From positions 28,304,807-28,355,330 of the forward strand of contig NC_069003.1 in the NCBI RefSeq assembly GCF_001194135.2: DNA of 50,524 nucleotides, given 5' to 3'. Source of the DNA: Octopus bimaculoides. Its lineage: Eukaryota. The notes under the pieces are model-generated. The model saw only the letters and a program-made list of their open reading frames with translations, had not been told where the DNA came from and searched no databases. The translations under genes were made by a program, and so were the position numbers. Positions 36,027 to 49,379 of this stretch are shown here, piece after piece; the first letter of the stretch is position 1; each line of letters starts with the position of its first letter.

Positions 36027-36659
36027 GAGTGTGTGTGTGTGTGTATATGCGTATCTGTGTACTGCTGTATCTTGTCATCGTTTCATTATTTTGAAATATA
36101 TTGCAGCTACAAGAAGAGCGTTTGGCTTAATCAGCACGCCATCGAATGCTTCCACCACTGTTCAAATAGTTTAGCTAATAACTAATTCAAAAACCTATGT
36201 CAATAAAGTCGTAGGAAACTCTTCATACGTTTTAGTATTTAGTATTAATTAAGAATTAAAAAAAAAGTTTACTATTTACCCACTTTACAAATGACATTTG
36301 TCTGTTTTTGTGTAACTTTCAAATATATTCCACTAATCTCCTTAATGCTTACAGAATAATCGTAGCGGTCATCAAGGACAATGATTAAACTATATATTTC
36401 TGGTAATGTCAGAGACTAGTTAATGAGTGCGTATAAATACTTTAGGGACGAATATAAAACACATGTGGGCTTTGAAAGACTTAATGCGATAAATATCAAC
36501 TAACATAATAAACTAAGCATCTTGCTTGTTAGTTATTACCTCGAAAATCAATAATCATGTTTTTTGTGAAGACTTCTAATTAATTCCGCCTACATATGTA
36601 AGTGGGCGGCGAAGTGGTCAAGCAGCACCAGATAGAATAATTTGCAATATTTGTCACGG

Positions 36660-36880
36660 TTTAGGGGCATTGAGCTGGCAGAATCGTTTGCACGCCGAGT
36701 AAAATGCTTAGTGGCATTTCGTCCGTCTTCGCGTTTTGAGTCGAAATATCGCCGGGGTTGACTTTGCCTTTCATCCTTTCAGGGTTGCTAAAATAAGGAC
36801 TGGCTGAGTACTGGGGCTGATGCAATCGACTTACACACTCCTCCGAACTTGCTGGCCTTGAGCCAAAATTTGAAACCAAT
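36660..36880 (+). mobile_element. SINE family A, full length
   Basis: gagctggcagaatcg head and ggccttgagccaaaatttgaaaccaatatt tail. Confidence 0.9.
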
Positions 36881-37289
36881 ATTTGTCACGGTTCTCTCTG
36901 CTTTGAATAAAAATCTCACTGAAGCCAATTGATAAGTAAAATCAGCATTCAAGTATTGAAAATCGGTTCCTCCTCCTACTCTTCTTCCCCCTCCCCTCTC
37001 TCTCCGTCCTCTCTTTCAGTCTCTGATTTAGCTAGGTCACACCGTGAGAAGGGCTGTGTGAGACCACCCATAGAATGCCCTTTCTCTTGAAATTGGCTGA
37101 GTAAAGTGCTAGCAATCTCTTCTCTGAAGAAAATATGATCAGCTACTGGAAGTGTCCAATGACTGGTCGATGCGCAATACAGTCCAGAAGTGCAGTAAAT
37201 ATATATCAGCAAAAAATCAGTCACGAAACTTTTTGCAAGTCTGAACGTAAATGATAATAAACTCCTCTAGACCTGGTTCTCTCGGGATA

Positions 37290-37726
37290 CCACCTACGGA
37301 AGACCATCAAGTCCCGGCGACTTACCCGCTTTACAGTCGGCCAAAGCCTCCATCACCTCCACAGGCGTGATTGGCCCTTCGCAAGACTCCGCATCCGACC
37401 CCGAAAGACACGGCAGCCTGGCAAGAAAGTCCTCGAGGGCTCTCCCACCACCAGGGCCGCCCCACCCCCGAACAGCTGGGCGAAGTACTCTCTAAAGGCC
37501 TCACACAAAGACCGAATAGTGGAACTATTTCCTTGCCGAGCTTCCACCACTTGGGCCCACCTAACGGCCTTGATTCTTTAACTTCCCATCGCACGTAACT
37601 TAGCTCTGGCAATTCTTCCCATGTGTTGGGCTTCAAGATGCTGATTTAACTCCAGTCTTTTCACCCTCGCTTGGTCCGCATTACCAGTCCTGCAGGCTTC
37701 TTCCAGTTCCTTTTCTTGACCATCGA
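37290..37726 (-). mobile_element. Tx1/L1-group LINE ORF2 fragment (linker just upstream of RT)
   Basis: RAKLRAMGS*RIKAVRWAQVVEARQG, CEAFREYFAQLFGGG and DAESCEGPITPVEVMEALADCKAGKSPGLDGLP. Confidence 0.8.
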
Positions 37727-38375
37727 TTTGCCACAAGGGCAACCATATTTTTGGGGAAGGGACAAGTCGATTACATCGACCCCAGTGTGTAACTGGTACT
37801 TAATTTATCGACCTCGAAAGGATGAAAGGCAAAGTCAACCTCGGTAGAATTTGAACTCAGAACGTAGCGACAGAAGAAATATCGTTAAGCATTTTGCCCG
37901 GCGTGCTAACGAAACTGCCAACTCGCCACCTTAATAAGAATAATTATCCTTTCTACTAAAGGCCTCAAGGCCTGAAATGTGGGGAAGGGACATAGTCGAT
38001 TACATCGACCCCAGTACTCGACTGATACTTGTTTTACAGTCCCCGAAAGGATGAAAGGCAATGTGGGCTTCGGCGGAATTTGAACCCAGAACGTAAATAA
38101 TGACGGACAAAATGCCACTAGCCTTCTTGCCTGGCGTGCTAACGATTTTGCCAGCACACTGCCTTAATAATAATAAAAATAATTTCAAATTTTGGCACAA
38201 GGCCAGCAAGTTCGGGGAGTGGGGTAAAGCGATTATATCGACCCCATTCCTCAACTGGTACTTATTTCATCGACCCCGAAACGATGAAAGGTTAATTCGA
38301 CCTCAGCAGAATTTTGAACGTAAAACGTGAAGACGGACGAAATGTCATTAAGCATTTAGTCCGGCATGCTAAGAA
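37727..38375 (-). mobile_element. Three head-to-tail SINE A copies
   Basis: Copies at ~37727-37932, 37945-38164 and 38180-38375, joined by ttaataa-type linkers. Confidence 0.9.
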
Positions 38376-40555
38376 TCATGTAATAATAATTTCTCCAAGC
38401 AAATTCTGAGAGTGTTTTCCTTTTTTAAATTTCATTTTGAAATTGCTTTTGGCTATTTTCATTAAACTTGATACTGTTGCTGTAATAAATTTCTGAGTTG
38501 TCTATTATTTATTTTCCAGTGAAAAGGCTGTATGCAAGCATTATTACTTATAGCTGTCATTGTTAGGGAAAACAGTCTAAAATATTTCGCCTCCTTCAAA
38601 TATGTTGACGAAGGTACATTTTTGCAAACGTAGTCATTTCATTCAATAACAGAGCTTCTATTAAGAAATATTAGCCCAGACAAGAAAATCTCTATAGTTA
38701 GCTTACTTTGCTAGAGCAAACGTCACGTTCACAGTGCTAATATTTTAGATATGTTTGTCAAGATCTGGTTGGAAATGACCTTCATGGTATGCCATTTTAA
38801 AATACATTTCCAAATAATTGCTATTAAAAAAAAATTCTTTATCGTTACATCTATGACACAATTTTTGAGATTATACCAGTGTATAACTTACATCATACTT
38901 TATAACCATATAATACTTCAAAATATCTGGGAGGCTTATAAAATATTATTTACTGAATATAACAAAAGAGCGTAACAACATACTGAGATTCTATAATAAT
39001 TACAATAACAAATCTTAATACATTATTTGGAACAAATATTTAGTGAGGTAAACATTAATGAAGAGAAGAAAGAAAAGAGAAGAGAAAGTTAAGGAAAGCA
39101 GCAGTACCATTTCTGTGAGAAATGAAATGTTGCGACTATAAAAGCTTCAAGTTTCAGAATGGTTTCCTGGCACTGTGGAGGGAAAAATATTCTTCGGGGA
39201 AATGGCGCTGGGGATATTCGATATCTTGGTGACTATTACGGATTAATAGAGAATAAGTTTTATTAGATGTTGTTCCTTCCTATTTCTTTGGGCGCTACAC
39301 TATACTTATTTGGTGGTTGTGTTTTCTACAGCAATGATAGAAGACCGGGGATGGTAAAATTGTATAAGACACATTAATTAATATAAACAATGGAAGAAAT
39401 TATCAAAAACTATCAATTTAGTATGAAAGATGAATAGTGATATAACAAACATTTTTTATTATATTTATATCTCAGTTGATATCAAGAGTGATCCTAATGT
39501 TTATAGATAACATTGAAGGGGGGAAAAATTCCTTGAGTTTAGAAAAGGAATTTTATCAACATTTCCAACTGAATTTCTCAACTCGAAGTATTTTCTACTC
39601 TATTAAAATAATATTTGTTCTGATTTTCTGTCGTACTTTTAGTGCATATGTACATATATGTGTATGTGAATTTTAATTAGTTCCATATCACAATTTAAAA
39701 TCTAAATAACATTGAAAACATACTTTTCATTACATTATTGACTAATGAGAAAGTCGATGGAAATTTTCTTTAAATATATTTCATCTAAAATAGGTGACAC
39801 CCATGTAATCCAATACTTTCTCTTAAGATTTTCAAATAGCTACATATAATCACTATTATCCTATATGCTGAGTGCCCATAATCCATTTGTACGACAAATG
39901 TTCCTCTAGAACAAACAATAGAGAGAGGGAAGAAACACTGAATAAATATAATTAATTTCAACAAAGGAAAGCAAAAAGCTTGCACAAGCGAATGTAACAT
40001 GGAAAAATGGAACCGAGGAAAAATATTTGATAGACAATTTCTTAATGCTTTAAAGAAGAAAAAACAAACTTCGAGTGTACAAATCCATTCTGCAGTCTAA
40101 GCGTTTGACATATGTTTATACGTTATTTCATGTAACAGCACAAAATGGAGAGGGATATCAACTTCTAAAGAATTGAAGAGATAATAGGAAAAATAATAAT
40201 AATTAAAAAAAAAATTTTCATGTTGGTACAGGAAATTCGTCTGTTTTAGGGTGACGAAGCATGGATAAATGGAGTGAAAATAAAGTAACACAATAATGAC
40301 ACGATGTAAACAGAAGTAGAGATATAACGTATAAGAAATTATAGTATAGAAGCAAATATGGAATGTAGGGCAATAGTTTAAGAAAAACACACAAGTTTAA
40401 GTGTATATATACATACAATAGGAAAGACAGATGTTAGTGAAATAACCAATAACCTTAACCCAACGGTATATAGAAATTTTAAGGCAGTTTGATATATATG
40501 CAGAGATTGTATAAGGAACATCAGAAATGTGTCGTAAAGTGAGGTCTAGTACAAT

Positions 40556-40695
40556 TGTTGTTGGCACTCCGTCGCTTGCAACGTCGAGGGTTCCAGTTGA
40601 TCCAATCAACGGAACAGCCTGCTCGTGAAATTAACGTGCAAGTGGCTGAGCACTCCACAGACACGTGTATCCTTATACTCCACAGACACGTGTAT
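40556..40695 (-). mobile_element. SINE family C 3' tail
   Basis: Reverse complement of the 17810-17917 tail. Contains a 19-bp duplication actccacagacacgtgtat (40652, 40677). Confidence 0.9.
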
Positions 40696-40972
40696 ATATA
40701 TATAAAGTTAAGAGCATAATAAATGTGCAAACAAACGGGAAACATATACAGAAGGTCACCAACTCCTCATCAGTTATCAGTCAGAGGGTCAAACGCAATT
40801 TCATGCCTTAACTTTAATATTGAACCCCATCTGGTGGCGCCAACGGTGAAAACATCGCCGGGAATTGGCGAGCCAAAACACGAGACAGAAAATGAACAAC
40901 CAAACATGAAATAAACAACTATGCTGTGGTAAGCAGCAAACAAGCAAAAACAAAAAAAAAACATACCTTTTT

Positions 40973-40998
<26 letters not shown>

Positions 40999-41004
<6 letters not shown>

Positions 41005-41079
41005 AACCCTAACCCCTAATCCTAAAACTAACCCTAAAACCCTAACCCTGACACTAAAACCCTAACCCTAATACCCTAG
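40999..41079. repeat. Degenerate interstitial (CCCTAA)n telomere-like tract
   Basis: aaccctaaccctaacccctaatcctaaaactaaccctaaaaccctaaccctg... Confidence 0.85.
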
Positions 41080-41139
41080 TGAAGATCGTGCGGGTGTTAC
41101 GGAAAAGGCCGATATTTCGTACTGGTATCGAAAGATCGC

Positions 41140-41480
41140 CGTCCAGCTTCTTGCTTCCTATCGGTTGTGAATGTTCCGAGATACTTAAACTTTTCAATTT
41201 GTGTTATTGATGTTCCACTTACATGCAGAGCGGACTGGGAAGAATTTCTTGAGGGGACCAAATTCTCAGTTTTCGCAACACCGATTCTCATCTCTTCGTT
41301 GCAGCCTTCGCCAGTGAACCCACTCAGTGCAATGCTGGAGATGACCTTCTGATGAACCAAGTTGTTTGCAAATATCAGCCGACCGATCCTGTACCCACAA
41401 CTTCCACAAGAGCTTTACCTGTCAATACCAGATTGTTGTCTGGTGTGAATAAGACCATCGCAAACTGCAATGTGTAAAGG
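41140..41480 (-). mobile_element. RTE-clade (Expander/Rex3-like) RT fragment
   Basis: IGRLIFANNLVH (FADD degraded to FANN), MRIGVAKTENLVPSRN and TQIEKFKYLG. Confidence 0.75.
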
Positions 41481-41534
41481 GTTCGAAAGAATGACAATAC
41501 TGCTGTATGTAAAAGGGTCATACATACATATATT

Positions 41535-41908
41535 TTGTTTCTTACTTGTTTCAGTCACTAGACTGCTGCCATGCTGGGGCACTGCTTTAAGTTTTTAGTC
41601 GAACGAATCGACCCCAGTATATTTTTTTGAAGAAGTGGTACTTATTATGTCAGTTTCTTTTGCCGAACCGCTACACAAACACACCAACACCGGTTGTCAG
41701 CCGGTGGTGGTGGGGGGAACAAACACAGACACAAGGAACACACACACGTTGTACGACGGGCTTTTTTCAGTTTCCGTCTACCAAATCCATTCACAAGGCT
41801 TTGGTCGACCCGAGTTTATAGAAGACACTTGGCCAAAGTGTCACGTAGTGGGACTGAATCCGGAACCATGTGGTTGAGAAGCAAGCGTCTTAGCACACAA
41901 CTACGCCT
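41535..41908 (-). mobile_element. SINE family B, full length
   Basis: Reverse complement of the 29191-29557 copy throughout. Confidence 0.92.
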
Positions 41909-42522
41909 CTCTCTATCTGTATATATATATATATATATATATAAAAAGATTATAGGGATATGAATTTAGTGAAATTGATAAAAAAAAAAAACAGTAATCA
42001 AAGCCTGACATCTATCAAAATGAAATAAAAATGAGTCTGTAAAGAGGTGTATCAAATTATTTGAAACAGGAAATATTTATAGAATATTGCAGGAGAAGGA
42101 CATTAAGATAGGAGGGAGAAAAATCTGGGAAAGAATGTTTTGGCTATATTTCCTAAAAGAAATACTCCGATAAAAATCAAGTGTTTATACCGAAGAAGCT
42201 TAAAACAAAATTAATGAAAGCTTTGGGCAGTCTTGTAAAGATTTAGTTATTACTGAAATACTTTTTCAAAATTTCATTCTTTAAAGATTGTTGCAGTTGA
42301 AATATATATTTGGAAAGTATTTTTTTTCTTAATGTAAATACAAAAATAGTCTTAGAAATATGTATAATGATAATTGGATACATTAATGATACTTTTCTTT
42401 TCGTATGTATGTTCGAAAGTTATATTTGATTTAGGTTCAAATAGTTCGACCACATATACAATTAAAATCGTTCGAGGAACTTGAAACAGAAAGCTGTCTT
42501 AATTACGATCTGCATTACTGTA

Positions 42523-42744
42523 CGAAGGAATGCTGAAAAGTTCCTAGCTTCAAACATGTCGCGAAAGGTCTTGTTGGAGTCCCAACATTTCGAGATATTT
42601 TTATAGGGCTCAGAAAAAGTGAAGGAATGCTGAAATAAGTATGTAAATTTGAGAGGTGGGGATATGTTGAATAAAATCATAATTCATAGATCCTCCTGCA
42701 TTTTTCTTTTTACTGAAAGCCAGGAACTTTTCCGCACCTCCTCG
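42523..42744 (+). mobile_element. mariner-derived MITE with TA TSD
   Basis: TA|cgaaggaatgctgaaaagttcctagc ... gccaggaacttttccgcacctcctcg|TA. Retains a KYVNLRG..YVE*-like transposase end. Confidence 0.8.
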
Positions 42745-43559
42745 TACATACCGACATCTAATTGGCACATTAAAAAAATACCTTAGAATCCCTTACCAAT
42801 AATTTCTAGATAAAACTATATTCTCAACAAAATCTACTATTTTCCAAATAATGTCGAAATATCTGAGAAGAATTAAGATTATGTAAATTTCCAGCCTCCT
42901 CTTCAGCAAGTGTTTTAAAAATATTTATATTACATTTCAATCAGTTTAATTTCCAGTTGTCATTAGACGTATTATACCTGGGTGTATACACCAAGACATA
43001 TTGGAATCGAACTAGGAAACTATTTCTAAACTAAGTGTAATGTCGCCCTTATCTGAGCCAACAGCAATAATCTTTAAAAGAATGGAATTAAAAAAAATAT
43101 TTCAGTAATAACAAAATTTTTACAAGACAGCCCAAAGCTTTATCATTATTGCAATGGAGGTGAATGGAATGTTCAAAGGCCATTCAAGTACTGTTAGATG
43201 ATCCAAATAACAGCGAGAAACTTAATACACTTACCTTCAAAATAAAAGCTTCTTGTTCGTATTAATTCTAGCGCTGTATACAGAAACATTTTGTCGTGCT
43301 TCTTATGAAATTCTTGATGCTAACATTGAAGTCGATTTTATGATTAGCTATAATTTTATTTTGCCAGTCAGGCTTATCACAGTAAAATTTATTTATCTGC
43401 AATTATATTAGAATAAAAGGAACTGAAATTCATTTCGTATTTTACCTTTTTGTTGAATTTATAGTTTGTTCATGATTATTAAACTGGAAAATAATTGTCA
43501 TTAAATAAAATTTCTTGAAGACTGGATAAACTATTTATTCTTGAATTGTTAAAGAAAAA

Positions 43560-43995
43560 GCTCACTTTTCAACCACGTGATTTCTGGATCTTCCCCACTG
43601 CGCGGCACCTTGGGCAAATGTCTTCCACTATAGCCCCTGCCCGACCAATGTCTTATGAGTAAATTTGGTAGACGAAAACTATATGGAAAACCATCGCTTG
43701 TGTGTGTGTGCGTAACGGATGCACATTCCAGGGAAATGTAAGTAGAGTAACAAAATGGGACTGTTGTGAATTAGAATTTACTTAATTCAATATGAAAAGG
43801 AAGACATCTTTACCACAGCTATTCAATAAGCTTTCACGATTTGGATGAAGACATCACTATAAAAAGTTTGCTTCACTGACACGTGGTTTTGGGTTCGACC
43901 CCACTGCACGGCACCTCGATCTAGTGCTTTCTACTACAGCCCCAGGTTAACCTAAGCCTTGTGAATGAAATTTGGCAGACGGAAACTATAGAAGT
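43560..43995 (+). mobile_element. Two SINE B 5' halves
   Basis: ccactgcgcggcaccttgggcaaatgtctt (~43595) and ccactgcacggcacctcg (~43901). A further degenerate head lies at ~31840-31960. Confidence 0.75.
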
Positions 43996-46215
43996 TCGAC
44001 AGAGGAGCCGTTCCTATTATTCTTAAGTCGTGGACTTAATCCACTCTCTGGACCCTTGAATGCTCTTTATGATCTGCGTAGAAATCCCTTTGTGCTCAAC
44101 TTTGTCATTTTTCACGGTCGATAAAATAAAGTGCCTTTGAAAAACTGAAGTCGATATACACGAATGTCGCACTCCGACTATATTTCTGGTTTTATACTTA
44201 TGTAAGAAATTATTATACGATATTTCACATATTTATATTGAAAGTATTCTCGTAGTTACTCCCATAATTATTTAGAAAACGAAAGCTGAAATTTAGCATC
44301 GTAATGTACCTAATGAAACCAATGATAGTTTAACGGAAGGAAGACATCCCACACTTTTTCCTTATGTCAACGCAAATGTTCACTCGTATTTCAACCTAAT
44401 TCACGTTTTGGTTAAGTGACAGCTGATGCGAGTTCATAGTAAATAACTTTGGGATGGTGTTTTATAAGGCTTGATAAGATCTGAGTGTGTTAAGAAAAAA
44501 CAAAAACAAAACATTAAAAAAATCCTCCAGAAGTTTTCCTAATTTTTTCAGTGAAAATATTCTATATGAATTCCATCCGAAAGATTACTAACCAATCCCT
44601 TGTCAGATTTTGGTGATTTAGTAAACCCTTAATGTGTTTTGATAAAATATGTTCCGGTTTTACTTTGCCTAGAGACACTGCTGTGATTAACATATTGCTA
44701 CACAATCCAACGAAGGAGCCTCTGCATTGTCGTTCGAATCATGAAAAATTGTAGCCAAATCTCCCGCAAATCACGCTCTTCTATCTTGAATAAACTTAGA
44801 CAATGCAGGGCTTTTTCTTTTAAGGAAGACGGTCATAGCTGGAATTCCTTTGATTATCAGTAATTTCGACCAGTTCTAACAACAGCCACAAAGCAAACTT
44901 TTACAATATTCAGCAGTAAATGGGGATAGAATATTTTTCTTGAATTTCACGGTTATGCATTTAAATTTTCCACGGTTCCCAGCAGTCTTGTATTCTGGCA
45001 GCTAGTTTCAGTTAAAGAAACCATTGTGAGAATTAAATCAGTTTATTTAACGGATTTAAACACCCAGGATTCAGTAATGAAACAGTGCAAATAATCAACC
45101 TTTTGACCTCGATAAATATAGATGATATGGAGACGAACTGTTCATTACAGATGGTGGAAACAGAAGTTGTCTGCACGGTTAACCTCTGTATAGTCGCTAT
45201 GCTTAAAGTACGTTGTTACAGTCTTGCTTTATATTCCATAAGAGGTTATATAAGCTCCAGAGGAAAATTTACTAGGGTCGAAGTGCGTTTCTTTCGCTTT
45301 CTCCGCCCTCTTCCATTTTTAAAATGTGGACTTCAACATTTTTTGGCAATTCTGTTATTTATATTCTAAACCCCGCAATACTCCTAATTTCTGTCTATGG
45401 TGTGCCAGCAGGAAACCACTGCGCTACAGACTAAAAATAAATGTGAAAAGAGTGGGCACATTAGATAATCTCATCCAAGATACTCAATTCTTCGAAAAAT
45501 GGACGAGATAGTCAAGCTGAAATGTCTTTGATCGTACGCTTGATTAATGTTACATGATCACAATAACAACAGTTCATTCTGTTAACCAGCAAGGTCATAA
45601 GATAAAATAGGATCGCAAAGTTAAGATGAAATCGTTCTATTGGTAAAATAAGCTAAAGGCCGAACCCGCAGATTCGGCCTTTAACTGATGTATTAAATAA
45701 TTAATTGTTCAATACTCTAACTGATTGCTTTATGTCGTCAGCGTTTGCACTGTTATGCAAATCAAAGCAGTTAGATAAGCTGAGTCCTAGTTTGTATGCA
45801 CTATTAAGAGCATCAGTTACGATAGCTCCACGGACAAAAGTTTTTTTTTATGTCTGTTAAAAGTCTAAGAAGCAGTGCTGCTTGGCGGTTGTTGTATTGG
45901 GTGTGCTGCCACATCCAATGTCACAAAATTTCAATCTGGGGTATAACAAAAATTTTCCATTAAGATTTGTGATTAAATTAATGAGCAAGATTAATATTTA
46001 TAATGAATTTGCCGTTTTCGATAGCACACCCGGAATATACGCCCCTGCTAAGAAGAGTCAGGTCAGACCATTTTTTTTTCTGTCCCGGGAGAAATAAAAG
46101 CTTATGGTTTTACCACTTTTTGTAATTTTCACAGTGAAGCTAAACGTGTATGTTTATTTAAAGTTAGGCAGATGTCAACTTTACGATCATGCAAGACTCA
46201 TTTTAACATCTTAAG

Positions 46216-46283
46216 GAGAGTCTGATGTGAAGATGCTTAGGGTGACATAAGTGTCGCCCTTAGCATCTTCACATCAGGCTCTC
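46216..46283 (+). other. 68-nt near-perfect hairpin (32-bp stem, 4-nt loop)
   Basis: gagagtctgatgtgaagatgcttagggtgaca-taag-tgtcgcccttagcatcttcacatcaggctctc. 29 Watson-Crick pairs, 2 G-U pairs and 1 U-U mismatch on the plus strand. Confidence 0.9.
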
Positions 46284-46469
46284 GCACTATCAATTCACAA
46301 CAAATTATTTACAACCCCCCCACACACACAAACACACACACTCACTCTCTCTAACACGGATAAACACACGTTTACATACACATATTTCCGTATATACATA
46401 CGGCACATGCTCATATGTATACACTTCGTTATATACCCAACCCCAAAGGCGGGAGTTTGGAAAAAATTC

Positions 46470-46645
46470 TTAGCGGCATTTCTTCCAGTTTTTTTACGGT
46501 CTGAGCTCAACTCCGGCCGAAGTCAACTTTGCCTTTCATCTTTTCGGGATCGATAAAATAAAGTAGCGATCAAGTACAGGGGCCGATGTAATCTACTTAC
46601 CCCTCCCTTCAAAATTCCTGGTCTTGTGCCAAAATTAAAAAGAAA
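46470..46645 (+). mobile_element. SINE family A
   Basis: gaagtcaactttgcctttcatcttttcgggatcgataaaataaagta core. Confidence 0.85.
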
Positions 46646-47393
46646 TATATATATAAACAACCCGATACACATGTGCATAGATAAACCACACACATATGTA
46701 CACATACACACATATACATACAGACAACAAAATAGATGCAAGAGTACATTCAATATTGAATATTTTCAAGGAAACTTCAACATTGTGAGTACACGGAGAG
46801 CTCTTTTATTAATCGAAATTACATTACGGAATTAAATTTACGGATCTCTTTCTGATTCCTTTAAATCTCCCATATTTAATATGAACCTCAATGCCCACCC
46901 TTCAAAAATCAAGGAGTTTGCTCGGGGTTGGGGAGAATTTATCTATATCCTGTATTTTACTAATGTTGATTGTAACATTTGTTTCCTGTTAACCTAAACC
47001 GGGTTACCAGGACAGCTTCCTGTTTCCAACGGTATGTAAATAAATGACTGTGTCTGAAAACTGCTTCAATAGCATTATCATCAATATTATTATTATTACT
47101 GTTGTTATTATTATTACCATCATCATCATCATCTTCATTATCATCATCAGCAACAGCATCAGTAACGACAACAAAGTTAATAAAAAAATGCAAGAGAGCA
47201 GCGTCCAAGAACACATGAAGCAGGAGTGTGTATGTATTTATACGTATATATATTGTCATATTTTGCATATAAAAACATACATATGCACACACACACACGC
47301 ACACGCACGCACAAACGTATATGTATGTGAGTTTGTATGCGTGTGCATGTGTATACAAAAATAAGGAAATAAAAGTACATGTACATGCATGAG

Positions 47394-47425
<32 letters not shown>

Positions 47426-47428
47426 ATA

Positions 47429-47494
<66 letters not shown>

Positions 47495-47509
47495 TGTATA
47501 TGTGTGTAA

Positions 47510-47547
<38 letters not shown>

Positions 47548-48044
47548 GCGCGCACAGAGAAACATTTATGTATACGTATTTGTGTAGCATGGGTAATGGC
47601 ATTATATGTAACAGAGTCTGTAATAATATAGGCTGCATTAATAAATATATAAAATGCAGATGTTGAAAAGAATTGTTGTAGAACCTGCAACATCAGGATA
47701 TTTTAACAAGTGTGTTTTTTGTGTCTCTAGTCTGTTTCCCCCCAGAATAAGTTGAGATAAGGAAAAAGAAACTAATACAAGTGTTCATTCTTGTATCCAT
47801 CTAAATAATAAACAAATACAATGAGAAACTGAGTTTATGAATTTTTTGTATTTACGTATATACGGCATGGTCATATATAAATATTAAAATAATTGTTGTG
47901 TAATATTGTTATATGCATATATGTTTATATATATATATATACATATATATGGTGTGTATGTATGTGTGTGTGTGTATGTGTGTACATGTGAGTGAAAAAA
48001 TGTAAAACTCAACAAATTTAGTTCGAGTTACATAATAGATATAA

Positions 48045-48166
48045 TAATTTTTTCTACTCTAGGCACAAGGCCCCAAATTTTTGGGGAGGTGGCCAGTCGA
48101 TTAGATCGACTCCAGTACGCAACTGGTTCTTAATTCATCGACCCCGAAAGGATAAAAGGCAAAGTC
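48045..48166 (-). mobile_element. SINE A 3' half, truncated at a palindrome
   Basis: Ends ...aaaggcaaagtc immediately before the 48169-48196 palindrome. Confidence 0.85.
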
Positions 48167-48204
48167 TATATATTACAGTATATATACTGTAATATAACTA
48201 AACT

Positions 48205-48800
48205 CAGCGACTGTTTTGGAGAATAAAAACCTGACTGAATACCAAGTTGAAGATTTGTCAAGCTTGTGTCCTTGGCACTCTCCTATAATTTAACGAAATA
48301 AGGACAACATATGTCAGTCTATATAGATAGTTAAATGTCTATCACAAGATATGGCTTCGCAAAATCTTAAGGCTTCACATGGCAACACAAGATGATAAAC
48401 TTTGATGTCGTTGGCAGAACAGGATCTAAGACAGGCGTGGGAAACTGCTTTCGAGAAGTGAGCCGCATGAGGCAGGGCTCATCATCAGGTGGGCCATACT
48501 ACAAGAAAACTGAGGATAATTTATCGTCAGAAAGTCTGCAATGCACATGATCGTCCCTAAGATAAGTCGATCATTCGTGTTACATGGGTGGTAAAGAACC
48601 TACTACATGGTTAACTCAAGTGTGGATCAGTGTCGCTAGCTGGGGGATGTGTGCAAAAAGGGCAATCTTTCAGCGCTCGTTGAAACAGAATCACGGAAAG
48701 ACAGCATCAAACTAATTATCCTGGGCTCTTGTTAAAAAAAGAAAAAAAGGTGAAAGTCGTGATGGCCGAGTTAGAGTCAGTATTAGATACTAAAAAAAGA
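48205..48800 (+). mobile_element. RTE LINE 3' remnant, heavily decayed
   Basis: LNTKLKICQACVLGTLL and LNVYHKIWLRKILRL correspond to TKLKVYQACVLSTLLY...LNAFHLRCLRRILRI. Confidence 0.6.
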
Positions 48801-48971
48801 TAAAGATGAAAGGAGTTAACGACACACAACGAGGAAATCTTCATCAGTGATGTATAATAAAAACTACCACTTTGAAACAGGTCGACAAACAGTGAATATA
48901 TGTCACTAAAATGAGGACATGAATAGAGAGGGTTGGGGAGAGGAAAGAGAGAGAAAGAGAGGGAGAGAAAT

Positions 48972-49005
<34 letters not shown>

Positions 49006-49379
49006 AGAGAGAGAGATGGAAAGAGAGAGGGTGATGAAAAGAAGAAATTTCAATTGTTTCAAAACACTAAGACATTCATTATAAGTGAATTAAGATATAC
49101 ATTTAACTATTTAATATTTACCACTGACTATGCTTTCATTATTTTATCCAATATGTAATATAATTACACACACACACACACACACACATACACACACACA
49201 CACACACACACTCACACACACACACACACACACACAATGTGTGTGTGTGTATGTATGTGTATATATATNNNNNNNNNNNNNNNNNNNNNNNNNNNNNNNN
49301 NNNNNNNNNNNNNNNNNNNNNNNNNNNNNNNNNNNNNNNNNNNNNNNNNNNNNNNNNNNNNNNNNNNNNNNNNNTATAT

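Noticed and set aside
39150-39260. KWRWDIRYLGDYY resembling a transposase C-terminal motif
   Set aside because: Upstream motifs do not align and there are no TIRs.
40999-41079. True telomere or chromosome-fusion site
   Set aside because: Short, degenerate, single orientation and embedded among TE remnants.
43235-43319. 85-nt minus-strand exon candidate (HQEFHKKHDKMFLYTALELIRTRSFYFE, AAG|GTAAGT)
   Set aside because: Weak acceptor, no homology recognised, and no compatible downstream exon found.
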